Shown: piece after piece, positions 28,680 through 37,661 of the stretch
How positions within the stretch are numbered: position 1 is the first letter of the stretch
How the letters are laid out: every line of letters starts with the position of its first letter
Origin: Promethearchaeota archaeon
GTDB lineage: Archaea > Asgardarchaeota > Lokiarchaeia > Sigyniarchaeales > SOKP01
Direction: 5' to 3'
DNA: 64,000 bases
Assembly (NCBI GenBank): GCA_019057865.1
Contig: JAHLWP010000005.1
Location: forward strand, 64,001 to 128,000
The notes under the pieces: generated by a model
What the model was told of the DNA's origin: nothing
The model's database searches: none
The model's input: only the letters and a program-made list of their open reading frames with translations
Made by a program: the position numbers and the translations under genes

Positions 28680-28981
28680 AATCCTATCTTATCATTAATT
28701 AGATTTAATAATTTTTCATTATGCTTTTTAAATTTTATTTCAATATTATTGATAATTTTTCCCAATTCATCCTCGAGATTTTTGATTTCTTCTTTTACTG
28801 CTTCGGATAGATTTTTTAATGATGAATTGATAATTTCTCTTTTACTCTTCAATGATAATTCAATTTGCTTCTCTTGTTCTTCAGTTAAGATCTGAATTTC
28901 TTTTAAGCTTTCTTGTTTAGCTTTTTCAATTAAATTCTTGTAAATTTTCTCTATTTCCTCTGTCCATTTAAATATTTCCAT
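28676..28981 (-). CDS. atpH: A/V-type ATP synthase peripheral stalk subunit H/G
   Basis: 101-aa E/K-rich helix (IEKAKQES) with overlapping start/stop codons inside the ATPase operon. Confidence 0.7.
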   Translation of the reverse strand: MEIFKWTEEIEKIYKNLIEKAKQESLKEIQILTEEQEKQIELSLKSKREIINSSLKNLSEAVKEEIKNLEDELGKIINNIEIKFKKHNEKLLNLINDKIGF

Positions 28982-30053
28982 ATCTATCTTCTAATATCTC
29001 ATACTTACCATGTAATAATTTAATAATATTAGGCATTATATCAAAAATTATTTCTTTTTCTTTTTTTAATATTAATTCTAATATCCTATATATAGTCAAA
29101 TAACTAATATTATCAATCTTTACTTGGAATTTCTTAAAATAATAATTTTGGTATAACCCTTCAAGCGACCATTTTAAATGCCTTTCTTTCAACACTATTG
29201 GTATAAAAAGTATTTTTAATTCATCAATTTTTCTTAAATATTCTTCAAGCTTTACAAAAAATTCATTAGCGTTTTTTGAATTTAATAAAATTTTAATTTT
29301 CTCTTCATTAAGAAATAAATAATTCTCTATCAAAAATTGTGATAATAAGTTTTTATCTATTTTATTTCTAATGCCCCTATAAATCATATTTAGATTATAA
29401 ATTTCAGTTTTATAATCAATAAAAAGAGTTATCATCGCTTTTTCTTGTTTTTTGTAAATTATTTTGCTTTTTATTAAATCTTCATAGTATAACCGGTCTA
29501 AAAAGGCTTCTAAAACAAAAATTTCATCGTTTTTTCTAAAATAGAGAATTCCCTCTCGTATAGCCCTATAATATTTCGTATTCTTAAAAAAAAATTGAAT
29601 CTCATCTAAGGAGGTCATTTCGAGCAAATCATTTATAAAATCAGTTTTTTCTAAATAATCTTCAACTAAAAAATTGATATTTTTTTCTTTATCTCTTCTA
29701 CTCTTTCCAATTATCGATCCAATAATAATTTCTAAAATATTTTTAATCTCATACTTTAAAAGAAAAGCTTTTAAAAACTTTCTCATATGTTCAGGTGAAT
29801 AGTATAAAATTCTCCCAATTAATTTGATATAAATATGAAACAAAGCTTTTTCAATGTCTGAGATAGTTTCTTTTGTTATATTGATATCCGGGTAATAAGG
29901 TTTAATATAATCTATAAAATCTTTAATTTTATTTATTTCCCTTAATTTTCTTAATGAGTTATCATCCATTATTAATTGTTTTAATAATGTTATTTTAACA
30001 AAAAGATACTCATAGGTCGATAAAAATCGTATAACACTCGTAAAGAACACCAA
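28968..30053 (-). CDS. atpC: A/V-type ATP synthase subunit C (d)
   Basis: KYEIKNI, TKYY, EAFLDRLYY, EIYNL-x3-RG, matching size and operon context. Confidence 0.85.
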   Translation of the reverse strand: MVFFTSVIRFLSTYEYLFVKITLLKQLIMDDNSLRKLREINKIKDFIDYIKPYYPDINITKETISDIEKALFHIYIKLIGRILYYSPEHMRKFLKAFLLKYEIKNILEIIIGSIIGKSRRDKEKNINFLVEDYLEKTDFINDLLEMTSLDEIQFFFKNTKYYRAIREGILYFRKNDEIFVLEAFLDRLYYEDLIKSKIIYKKQEKAMITLFIDYKTEIYNLNMIYRGIRNKIDKNLLSQFLIENYLFLNEEKIKILLNSKNANEFFVKLEEYLRKIDELKILFIPIVLKERHLKWSLEGLYQNYYFKKFQVKIDNISYLTIYRILELILKKEKEIIFDIMPNIIKLLHGKYEILEDRYGNI

Positions 30054-30078
30054 AAATAAATTGATAAAACACTCTATA

Positions 30079-30459
30079 TTAAACGGGGGGGCTTGGAATT
30101 TTGGTCCATAATAGTATAGCTACAATTAGTCCATAAACTGCTAATGCTTCTGCTAATGCCACGACTAAAAAAGCTTTAAAAAAGGATTCTTCACGTTCTG
30201 CAAGTGATGATATTGCTGCAGTACCTACTGTTTTTATTGCCCACGCACTTCCTATAACTGAGAAACCAACCGAAAGTGCTGCCGAGAGAGCTAAAGCGAT
30301 AGTAGTCGGAGAGTTAAAGTATTCAATTGGTTCAGCTTGAGCAGAAGCAAATGATATCAATCCATCAACAGAAAAGAATACAGTTAATACTAGTATTATT
30401 TGAAACAAGCCAAGTAATAAGTAAAATTTTTTTTTACTATTCATTTTATTCACATTCAC
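30079..30459 (-). CDS. atpK: A/V-type ATP synthase proteolipid subunit K (c), single hairpin plus N-terminal extra helix
   Basis: ALSVGFSVIGSAWA...LAEALAVYGLIVAILL with the ion-binding Glu. Confidence 0.93.
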   Translation of the reverse strand: MNVNKMNSKKKFYLLLGLFQIILVLTVFFSVDGLISFASAQAEPIEYFNSPTTIALALSAALSVGFSVIGSAWAIKTVGTAAISSLAEREESFFKAFLVVALAEALAVYGLIVAILLWTKIPSPPV

Positions 30460-30490
30460 TAATTTATGTAGTAAAATTAAATATCTTATA

Positions 30491-30521
30491 GAAAAAAAGG
30501 AAATCTTGCGTAAAAAGATTT
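30491..30521 (-). terminator. Candidate hairpin plus U-tract terminator after the DUF47 gene
   Basis: Minus strand reads AAATCTT-TTTACGC-AAGATTT followed by CCTTTTTTTC. Confidence 0.3.
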
Positions 30522-30565
30522 CGAGATTTTTTATTATTAATTTAATTAATAAAAAGCTGAATAAT

Positions 30566-31204
30566 TTATTGATAAAGCAAGACTCTTATTAAATCTGTGA
30601 GAAAATGAATTCTATCTGCTAGCTGTTCAAGTAAAACGATACTATCACGAATTCTGAGGAGATTCCTTATATCTAAATCCTCATTAGAGTATAAATATTC
30701 AAGGAATTGCCTATAAATCGTATCAATTTCATTTTCAATTTCATGTATTTTAGTAGTGTTATCAAACACTGCTTCACGCTTATCTCTTAAGTTTTTTATC
30801 GTTGTTTTTAAAACAGCTGCCATTTCAATTATTTTATTAATCAATTTATTATATCTTTTCTTAATTTCTTTATCTAGTTTCCCATCAAATTTAATTTTAG
30901 GAAGCATATCAACAAATTCAAGAGGGTAGTTAATCAAATTGTCCATTCTTAAGACTAAAGTCATATAATCTCCGACCCCTTGAGCTTCTGCCTCTGAAAA
31001 TTCTTTAATTAATTGAATTTTAATTGAATCTCCATCTTCTTCAGATAATTGCATTTTATTTTTCTTTTTTTCTAAATTATCTTTATTAGACTCATAATCT
31101 TCCGCCCAAGTGGTAAAATATACTGCCATATCACTAATAACCGTATAAATTATTCTAGAATGCTCAATAAGCCTAGTTATGATTTCTTCTTTAATTTTAT
31201 TCAT
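30566..31204 (-). CDS. DUF47/PhoU-like family protein
   Basis: Two helical repeats with EEDGDSIK and IHEIENEIDTIY, plus LEQLADR. Confidence 0.85.
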   Translation of the reverse strand: MNKIKEEIITRLIEHSRIIYTVISDMAVYFTTWAEDYESNKDNLEKKKNKMQLSEEDGDSIKIQLIKEFSEAEAQGVGDYMTLVLRMDNLINYPLEFVDMLPKIKFDGKLDKEIKKRYNKLINKIIEMAAVLKTTIKNLRDKREAVFDNTTKIHEIENEIDTIYRQFLEYLYSNEDLDIRNLLRIRDSIVLLEQLADRIHFLTDLIRVLLYQ

Positions 31205-31373
31205 ATTATTATAGTATCAAGTTTTTTATTTTTAAATATAATATATAAAAGAAACATTAAAAAAAATAGTTTTTATTTCTGAATTATATTAAATTTATAT
31301 AGATAATATTATAATATTCTATTATAAAGGTTATAATACAATCTAATAACTTCTTCATAAAAGGTAAAAAAAA

Positions 31374-32096
31374 ATACTGTCTGAAATTAGAAAAAGGATT
31401 AATACTTATAACCAAATAACAAATTTCAGTGAAATTGCACGTAGATATTTTATTAATAATTTTTACGATGGGGCATTAACAGTTTTAGGAATCATCTTAG
31501 GATTCTTTGTGGTAGTGCTTAAAAACCCTCATCAACCTACTATTCCTTCTTTATACATTGCATTACCAGGACTTGGAACCTCAATATCAATGTTTATTTC
31601 AGGAGTATCTGGATCTTATCTTTCTGAGGGAGCTGAACTAAGTAAAAAGCGTGCTGATTTAAATATGGCAATGGGTATAATCGAAAGTGAGACTATAGAA
31701 GAAGATCTTGATATAAAAAAGCAAGAAGAGGAATTAAAAAAAGCAATGTTAAGTAAAGTAAAAATAAAAGTTAATAAAAGTGAAGGTAAAAAAAGAAGAG
31801 TAAAAAAAACAATTCATGAAAAAGCTCAGAATTTCGCAGGGAAATTTGTTGCTTTAGTAAATGGTTTTGCACCACTTTTAGGAGGTTTAATTCCTTTAAT
31901 TCCCTTTGTATTTGTAAATAATGCAAATTTCATGACATTTATTTATTCATTTATAATTATATTCTTGTGTATTGTTTTATTAGGAATATTTTTGGGAAGA
32001 ATTTCAAATGTATCGATTATAAAAAATATTCTACAAATGTTATTTGCCTTTATAGCTACAATGATTGTTGTTATAATTTTCTTGGGGATCTTTTAG
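31374..32096 (+). CDS. VIT1/CCC1-family metal transporter, paralog 1 (likely ATA/CTG start at 31374/31377; ORF track starts at 31509)
   Basis: The upstream in-frame sequence encodes EIARRYFINNFYDGALTVLGII, matching paralog 2. Also SMFISGVSGSYLSEGAE and GGLIPLIPF. Confidence 0.82.
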   Translation: MLSEIRKRINTYNQITNFSEIARRYFINNFYDGALTVLGIILGFFVVVLKNPHQPTIPSLYIALPGLGTSISMFISGVSGSYLSEGAELSKKRADLNMAMGIIESETIEEDLDIKKQEEELKKAMLSKVKIKVNKSEGKKRRVKKTIHEKAQNFAGKFVALVNGFAPLLGGLIPLIPFVFVNNANFMTFIYSFIIIFLCIVLLGIFLGRISNVSIIKNILQMLFAFIATMIVVIIFLGIF

Positions 32097-32220
32097 ATAC
32101 ATTAAATAGATTTTAATAATATTCGAATTTTTCGACTTTAACTTAATAATTATAATATGGAGAAGATTGAATTAAATGATTTTTAAAAATATATTCAAAA
32201 ATTGGTGAAAGTATTCAGAA

Positions 32221-32856
32221 ATGTCTGATTTGGGAGAAATTGCTAGAAGAAAATTTTTTAACAGTTGTTTTGATGGAGCTCTAACTTGTGCAGGTATCGT
32301 TAGCGGGTTTTTTATTATGTTCTTGAGTGAACCTACAAGAAATGTTCCTAATACAGTAATTATTACAGGATTTGCTACAGCACTAGCTATTGGAATAAGT
32401 GGTTTATGGGGTGCTTTTCTTTCTGAAGAAGCTGAACGTAAAAAGAAAATTACAGATATGAAAAAAGAGATGGCAATAATTGAGACTGATGATGAGGAAA
32501 CAATAGATCATTCAGAGAATAATATTAAAAAAACAAAAAAGAAGAAAAAGAAGAAAATAAAGCCTACTTTACTTGAAAGAGCAGAATATTTTGCTACAAT
32601 TGTAGCTTCTTTGGTTGATGGAGGTGCACCAGTTCTAGGATCTTCTCTTCCATTAGTTCCATTTTTCTTCGGTACAGTATTAACACCTATACATTTTATA
32701 ATCTCATATATTGTATTAGTAGGCTTGCTTGTATATCTAGGAGTTTTTCTAGGAAAAATATCCGGGGGAGGACGAGTTAGATATGCAATACATCTAGTTA
32801 CCGCTGGTGTCGTGACACTTATTGTATCTATATTACTAGGTAAAATTGCAGGATAA
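32221..32856 (+). CDS. VIT1/CCC1-family metal transporter, paralog 2
   Basis: EIARRKFFNSCFDGALT, GISGLWGAFLSEEAE, PLVPFF. Confidence 0.85.
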   Translation: MSDLGEIARRKFFNSCFDGALTCAGIVSGFFIMFLSEPTRNVPNTVIITGFATALAIGISGLWGAFLSEEAERKKKITDMKKEMAIIETDDEETIDHSENNIKKTKKKKKKKIKPTLLERAEYFATIVASLVDGGAPVLGSSLPLVPFFFGTVLTPIHFIISYIVLVGLLVYLGVFLGKISGGGRVRYAIHLVTAGVVTLIVSILLGKIAG

Positions 32857-32931
32857 GTTTTATTCTATTATCAAAAATTTTATTTTCTGGATTTCATTTT
32901 TATATGTAAAAAAAACAAAGGAACAGATCAA

Positions 32932-33708
32932 ATGCATTTTATTGGGATAGATATTGGGTCATTGGCGACAAAAATAGTCTTATTGAATAATAGTGATTTA
33001 ATCGACTATCGAACAGAACGATCTACATTTGATTTCAAAAGAATAGGACATAATTTATTTAAGGAGCTTTTAGAAAAGAATAACTTAAAAAAAGATGATG
33101 TTTTTGTTATGAGCACTGGCTATGGAAGAAATACAATAGATATTGCGGATGACCGAATTACTGAGATTACTGCTCATGCTCGTGGAGGGCAATTTTTCTT
33201 TCCAGATGCTCACTCGGTTATAGATATAGGGGGGCAAGATAGTAAGGCTATTGTTATGTCTCAGAAAACTGGGAATGTAATTGATTTTCAAATGAATGAT
33301 AAATGCGCAGCAGGAACTGGAAGGTTTCTTGAAGTCATGGCACATGCATTAGAGGTCCCAATTAATAAATTTGGAGACTTATCCTTGAATTCAACTAAAC
33401 CTGCCGCTATTAGTTCTACATGTACTGTTTTTGCAGAGAGTGAAGTTATCAGTCTTTTTGCTAGAGGAGCCTCTAAGCAAGACATAGCAAGTGGAATTCA
33501 TAAATCCATAGCAAGAAGAGTTGCAGGTATGGCAAAACGTATTGGGGTTGGACCTAAACTAGTTTTTTGTGGTGGAGTCGCTAAAAATCCTGCGGTTAAA
33601 AAATATTTAGAAGAAGAACTAGGATTCGAGATAGTTAGTCCAAAATACCCTCAATTAACAGGGGCTATTGGAGCTGCTTTAATAGCTCAAGAAAATCAAA
33701 GTAATTAA
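32932..33708 (+). CDS. hgdC: 2-hydroxyacyl-CoA dehydratase activator (HgdC/BcrAD-type ASKHA ATPase, [4Fe-4S])
   Basis: GIDIGS, TGYGR, DIGGQDSK, MNDKCAAGTGRFLE, STCTVFAESE, GGVAKN. Confidence 0.93.
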   Translation: MHFIGIDIGSLATKIVLLNNSDLIDYRTERSTFDFKRIGHNLFKELLEKNNLKKDDVFVMSTGYGRNTIDIADDRITEITAHARGGQFFFPDAHSVIDIGGQDSKAIVMSQKTGNVIDFQMNDKCAAGTGRFLEVMAHALEVPINKFGDLSLNSTKPAAISSTCTVFAESEVISLFARGASKQDIASGIHKSIARRVAGMAKRIGVGPKLVFCGGVAKNPAVKKYLEEELGFEIVSPKYPQLTGAIGAALIAQENQSN

Positions 33709-33819
33709 ACATTATTTGATTTTAAAATTATTATAATACTCATTATTTTTTTAATCAGTAACTTTTTTGAAGAATTACCTCTTTTTTGATAAATAATTCA
33801 ATAATTTTTAGATAATACA

Positions 33820-34956
33820 ATGGATGATTTAGAAATATTATCAGAATATTCATTATATCTCAAAGATAAAAAAGAAGAAGGAAAAAAAGTAATTGGATTC
33901 ATTGCTCATGATAATATACCTGAAGAATTAATAGATGCTGCTGGATTTATTCCATTGAGAATGATATTTGCAGGAAATGATGAATTGATGAATGCTAGTC
34001 ATGATTACCTACCACCTTCGACTTGTGCATTTGCCCAATCTTCCATTGGATTGTTCTCATTAAAACCAAGCCAATTTAATTTTTTAAATTTATTAGAATA
34101 CTTTATTGTATCAAACCATTGCGTATCTGATATATGTGCTTCTGAAATAATCTCAAGATATTTTAATATCCCACGATTAAACTTCTATATTTCATATACT
34201 AAGAATGATAATAGTTTAAAATATTTTAAATTAGAATTAATGGATTTGAAGCAACAGCTTGAAAAAATAAGGGGGAGCGAAATACCAAGTGAAGACTTGA
34301 GGGAGAGTATAATAAAATATAATAAGTTTAAGAAAAGACTTCTAGAAATAAATAATTTAAATATTAAGAGTTCCGAAAAGTTAAGGATATTCCAAATAGC
34401 AATGTTAATTGGTCCCGAATTTCTCCCTAAATTAGATGAGATTCTACATGAATTTAGAGAAAAAACACCTCAAGAACCTAATAAAACAAAGGATCTAATT
34501 GTTACCGGATGTTCAATATTTATAAATGATTTTCTAATTGATTTAATAGAAGAAAGTGGAGGAAATGTTGCTTTTTTTGATACTTGGATTGGAAACAGTT
34601 ATTTATCACAAACTTTTGAAGAGGAGAAATTAAATTCAGAACTAGATCCTTTAGATCTATTAGTTCATAGATTTAAAAACAATATTTATGGAGATCATTC
34701 TGTCCCTAATTACTTAGAATTAAAAATTTCCCAAATTGAAAAGATTTATCACGATTACAAGCAGAAAACTGGAAAGAAATTAGGAGTTATAAATCATATT
34801 ATTAAATTTTGTGATCACATTTCAATTATGTCTGCTCATTTTAAAAATCAATTACAAGAAAAAGGGATTCGCGTTTTAAATTTAGAAAGAGATTATTCAA
34901 GAGCTAATCGAGGTCAATTATCTACTCGAATAGAAGCATTCATGGAGATGTTGTAA
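33820..34956 (+). CDS. 2-hydroxyacyl-CoA dehydratase family subunit (HGD-D)
   Basis: PEELIDAAG, TCAFAQS, NHC, KFCD, GQLSTRIEAFMEML. Confidence 0.88.
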   Translation: MDDLEILSEYSLYLKDKKEEGKKVIGFIAHDNIPEELIDAAGFIPLRMIFAGNDELMNASHDYLPPSTCAFAQSSIGLFSLKPSQFNFLNLLEYFIVSNHCVSDICASEIISRYFNIPRLNFYISYTKNDNSLKYFKLELMDLKQQLEKIRGSEIPSEDLRESIIKYNKFKKRLLEINNLNIKSSEKLRIFQIAMLIGPEFLPKLDEILHEFREKTPQEPNKTKDLIVTGCSIFINDFLIDLIEESGGNVAFFDTWIGNSYLSQTFEEEKLNSELDPLDLLVHRFKNNIYGDHSVPNYLELKISQIEKIYHDYKQKTGKKLGVINHIIKFCDHISIMSAHFKNQLQEKGIRVLNLERDYSRANRGQLSTRIEAFMEML

Positions 34957-34958
34957 AA

Positions 34959-36317
34959 ATGAGTTTAATAGCTGATGATATCATTCAATTCTCATCTGTA
35001 TTAAGAATTGCTTACAATCTATTAGCAGGAAGAGACTATTTAAAGAGAAAGAAGTTCCGGGAAAAGAAAAAATTAATATCAGTTGCTCTACCCTTTTCAG
35101 ATTTAATCTATGGATTTCCTGATTTAGTCCCTGTTTTTCCGATAAGGATGCATGCCTTTAAAATCCATAAATATCTCACATATCTCTCTTTAGGCTCTGA
35201 TATTTTTGGGTGGAAGCGTGTTTCTAAATTTTTAAGCTTTGTAAAAAATCTTGGAATTAGTGAAGCAAGTAGAATCATCGAAGAAATCATTGGTGATGTG
35301 ATAGATACTGTTAATGATAAATATAATGAAATGTATGACCTTGGAATAGAAAGTGGCATTCCGAATGATTTTTGTTATGGAATAAAGTCTCTCTATGGTA
35401 TGCATGTGAGTAAGGGAAAGAATGTAGAAGCTACTTTGAATTACACAATTCGATGCAGTGCATGGAATAAGTATTTAGAATCCTTGAAAACGATTAAAAA
35501 TCCTGCTAAACAGGTCTGGATTGACATTCCTCCGAGAAACATTGGTAATGCCTTAGAATTATTAACAGAAAATATTTATGATGCTATTAGAGAATTAGAA
35601 AAGATAAGTGGAAATAATTATGATAAAAATATTTTGCGAAATCATTTTCAAGTAGCCAATGAAATAAGGAAATATTACAAAACAATTCTATATGAAATAA
35701 GCACATCTGATTTTTATCCCTGTAATCCTGCCACATTTAGTGAAATATTAGTAATTTTAAATAATAGTTTTCAAGATTATAATTCCAATGCAAATCGATA
35801 TAGAGATAACATGTCATCATTAGTAAATGAAATGAAAGAGAGAATTAGAAATAAAATTGGAATGGACGTAAGTAAAATGCCACGAATCCTAGTTACACCC
35901 ATGTTTGGTGGTTGGGAACCAAAAAGCCATGAAATAATCTATGAATTAGGGGGTCGGGCATTATATGCTGATTGGGACATGCTATTACTCTTGGAAGAAA
36001 TACCTATCTCAAAATTCTCGGATCCTGTAGAAGCATATGCTCAATTTCTATTGAATGCTACTAAGACAGGAATCGGGTGTGACAATGACACCCTTACAGA
36101 TTCTTACATAAGATTGGCTAAACAATTAAAAGCTGAAGGTCTTGTTTTTATTCAATTATTTGGTTGCCATTCAATTTCAAATTGCTATGCAATGCTTAAA
36201 GAAAAAATTCGCAGAGACCTAGAAATTCCGAGCATTGCTTTAACATTTAATAAAATTGGAGAGAATGTAGAGCAAGTTAAAACGCGCTTAGGAGCTTTTA
36301 TGGAGATGTTTAATTAA
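34959..36317 (+). CDS. 2-hydroxyacyl-CoA dehydratase family subunit (HGD-D), copy 1
   Basis: DFCYGIK, IRCSAWNK, FGCHS, EQVKTRLGAFMEM; in an operon with the activator. Confidence 0.82.
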   Translation: MSLIADDIIQFSSVLRIAYNLLAGRDYLKRKKFREKKKLISVALPFSDLIYGFPDLVPVFPIRMHAFKIHKYLTYLSLGSDIFGWKRVSKFLSFVKNLGISEASRIIEEIIGDVIDTVNDKYNEMYDLGIESGIPNDFCYGIKSLYGMHVSKGKNVEATLNYTIRCSAWNKYLESLKTIKNPAKQVWIDIPPRNIGNALELLTENIYDAIRELEKISGNNYDKNILRNHFQVANEIRKYYKTILYEISTSDFYPCNPATFSEILVILNNSFQDYNSNANRYRDNMSSLVNEMKERIRNKIGMDVSKMPRILVTPMFGGWEPKSHEIIYELGGRALYADWDMLLLLEEIPISKFSDPVEAYAQFLLNATKTGIGCDNDTLTDSYIRLAKQLKAEGLVFIQLFGCHSISNCYAMLKEKIRRDLEIPSIALTFNKIGENVEQVKTRLGAFMEMFN

Positions 36318-36381
36318 ATTCACAAAAATAGTAAATGTAAACTCTGATTAACTAGGAAAAAAATGAAAGATAAGGAATAAA

Positions 36382-36723
36382 ATAAAATATGATAAGCTTT
36401 TTGTGTATGGTACATTGCAGCATGGACAAAGCAGACATTACATTCTCCAACATTTGAAGTTTGAAAAAGCTGTATTACCAAAGTATAGAAAAGTTTCTCC
36501 CCCCTCCTTAGGATTTCCATTCATTATACGTGATGAAAACTCACAAGTGAATGGTGAAATTTATTACGGTCTAGATGATGAATTATTTCAATCATTAGAT
36601 CTTATTGAAGGAGAAGGTTCTTTATATCACAGAATTTTAGTAAAAGTGAAACCACAAAATAGACAGGAAATAGAATGCTTTGTTTATTATCCTGATAAAA
36701 GACTTATTAATAGTTATTTATAA
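36382..36723 (+). CDS. Gamma-glutamylcyclotransferase (GGCT/AIG2-like); likely ATA start at 36382, ORF track starts at 36403
   Basis: KLFVYGTL, VNGEIY, LDLIEG, LYHR. The motif extends upstream of the GTG chosen by the ORF caller. Confidence 0.85.
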   Translation: MKYDKLFVYGTLQHGQSRHYILQHLKFEKAVLPKYRKVSPPSLGFPFIIRDENSQVNGEIYYGLDDELFQSLDLIEGEGSLYHRILVKVKPQNRQEIECFVYYPDKRLINSYL

Positions 36724-36726
36724 TTA

Positions 36727-37485
36727 ATGTGGGGATTTATTATGGAAGAGAGAAATGAAATTAATAACGTAGAAAAAAAAAAGATAAGTCTTATTGATAA
36801 TTATCCAATTGGTTTTCCGACAGACAGGATTTCGAGAATCGAATCGATTTTAAATGAGAGTATTGCTAATATTAAGGTTGAGACAGTAAATTTTTCTAAA
36901 TTAAGTTTAAAAAATCTAGAGGATTGTATTGGTATAATTTTATCTGGCTCCATTTTAAACGTTTCTGATTTCTATTATAATGACAGATTGAGAGATTATT
37001 TCAAACAAGAATTAGAATTAATAAGATATTTTAACCAAATACCGATTTTAGGAGTTTGTTTTGGATTTCATATTACAGCGTATGCATTTGGTGGCCAAGT
37101 ATGCAGGATGCGGATACCTGGTTTATTAGGAGGAAAAATTATATTTATTCTATTAAAGGAAACTGATGATTTGATAACAAAAAAAAACATACCTGTTGAT
37201 ATATTCCACAGGGATTTTGTCTCTCCAAATGATTCAAAAATTCAAAATTCTTTTGAAATAAATTGTACAACGAGAATAAAAGGATATAAATTAATACAAT
37301 ATATTCGACATAAAGAAAGACCTATTTTTGGTATCCAATTTCACCCCGAAACTCATGAATCTTATCATTTTCGCTCAAGTATTTACGATGAGAGGATAAT
37401 TGCTAAGACAATAGAAATCGGACAAGAAGTTATTAATAATTTTGCATGGCTTAGTCTACATAAGCATAATTCCAAAAATCTATAG
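36727..37485 (+). CDS. Class I glutamine amidotransferase-like protein
   Basis: GIILSGS, PILGVCFG (catalytic Cys), GIQFHPE (His/Glu). Confidence 0.88.
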   Translation: MWGFIMEERNEINNVEKKKISLIDNYPIGFPTDRISRIESILNESIANIKVETVNFSKLSLKNLEDCIGIILSGSILNVSDFYYNDRLRDYFKQELELIRYFNQIPILGVCFGFHITAYAFGGQVCRMRIPGLLGGKIIFILLKETDDLITKKNIPVDIFHRDFVSPNDSKIQNSFEINCTTRIKGYKLIQYIRHKERPIFGIQFHPETHESYHFRSSIYDERIIAKTIEIGQEVINNFAWLSLHKHNSKNL

Positions 37486-37661
37486 AAAGAATGGTTATTA
37501 TGATTAATATATTTAATGGTAATTTCAATTTTTTGTATTAAAGGATAAAAAACAAGATTATCCTATGGAATAGACATTATTCGACTAATTTATTGAGAGT
37601 AAAAGATTATTTTTTTATTTCATTTTAAGTTCCAAATTAAAAAATAGATTCAATTTTTATC

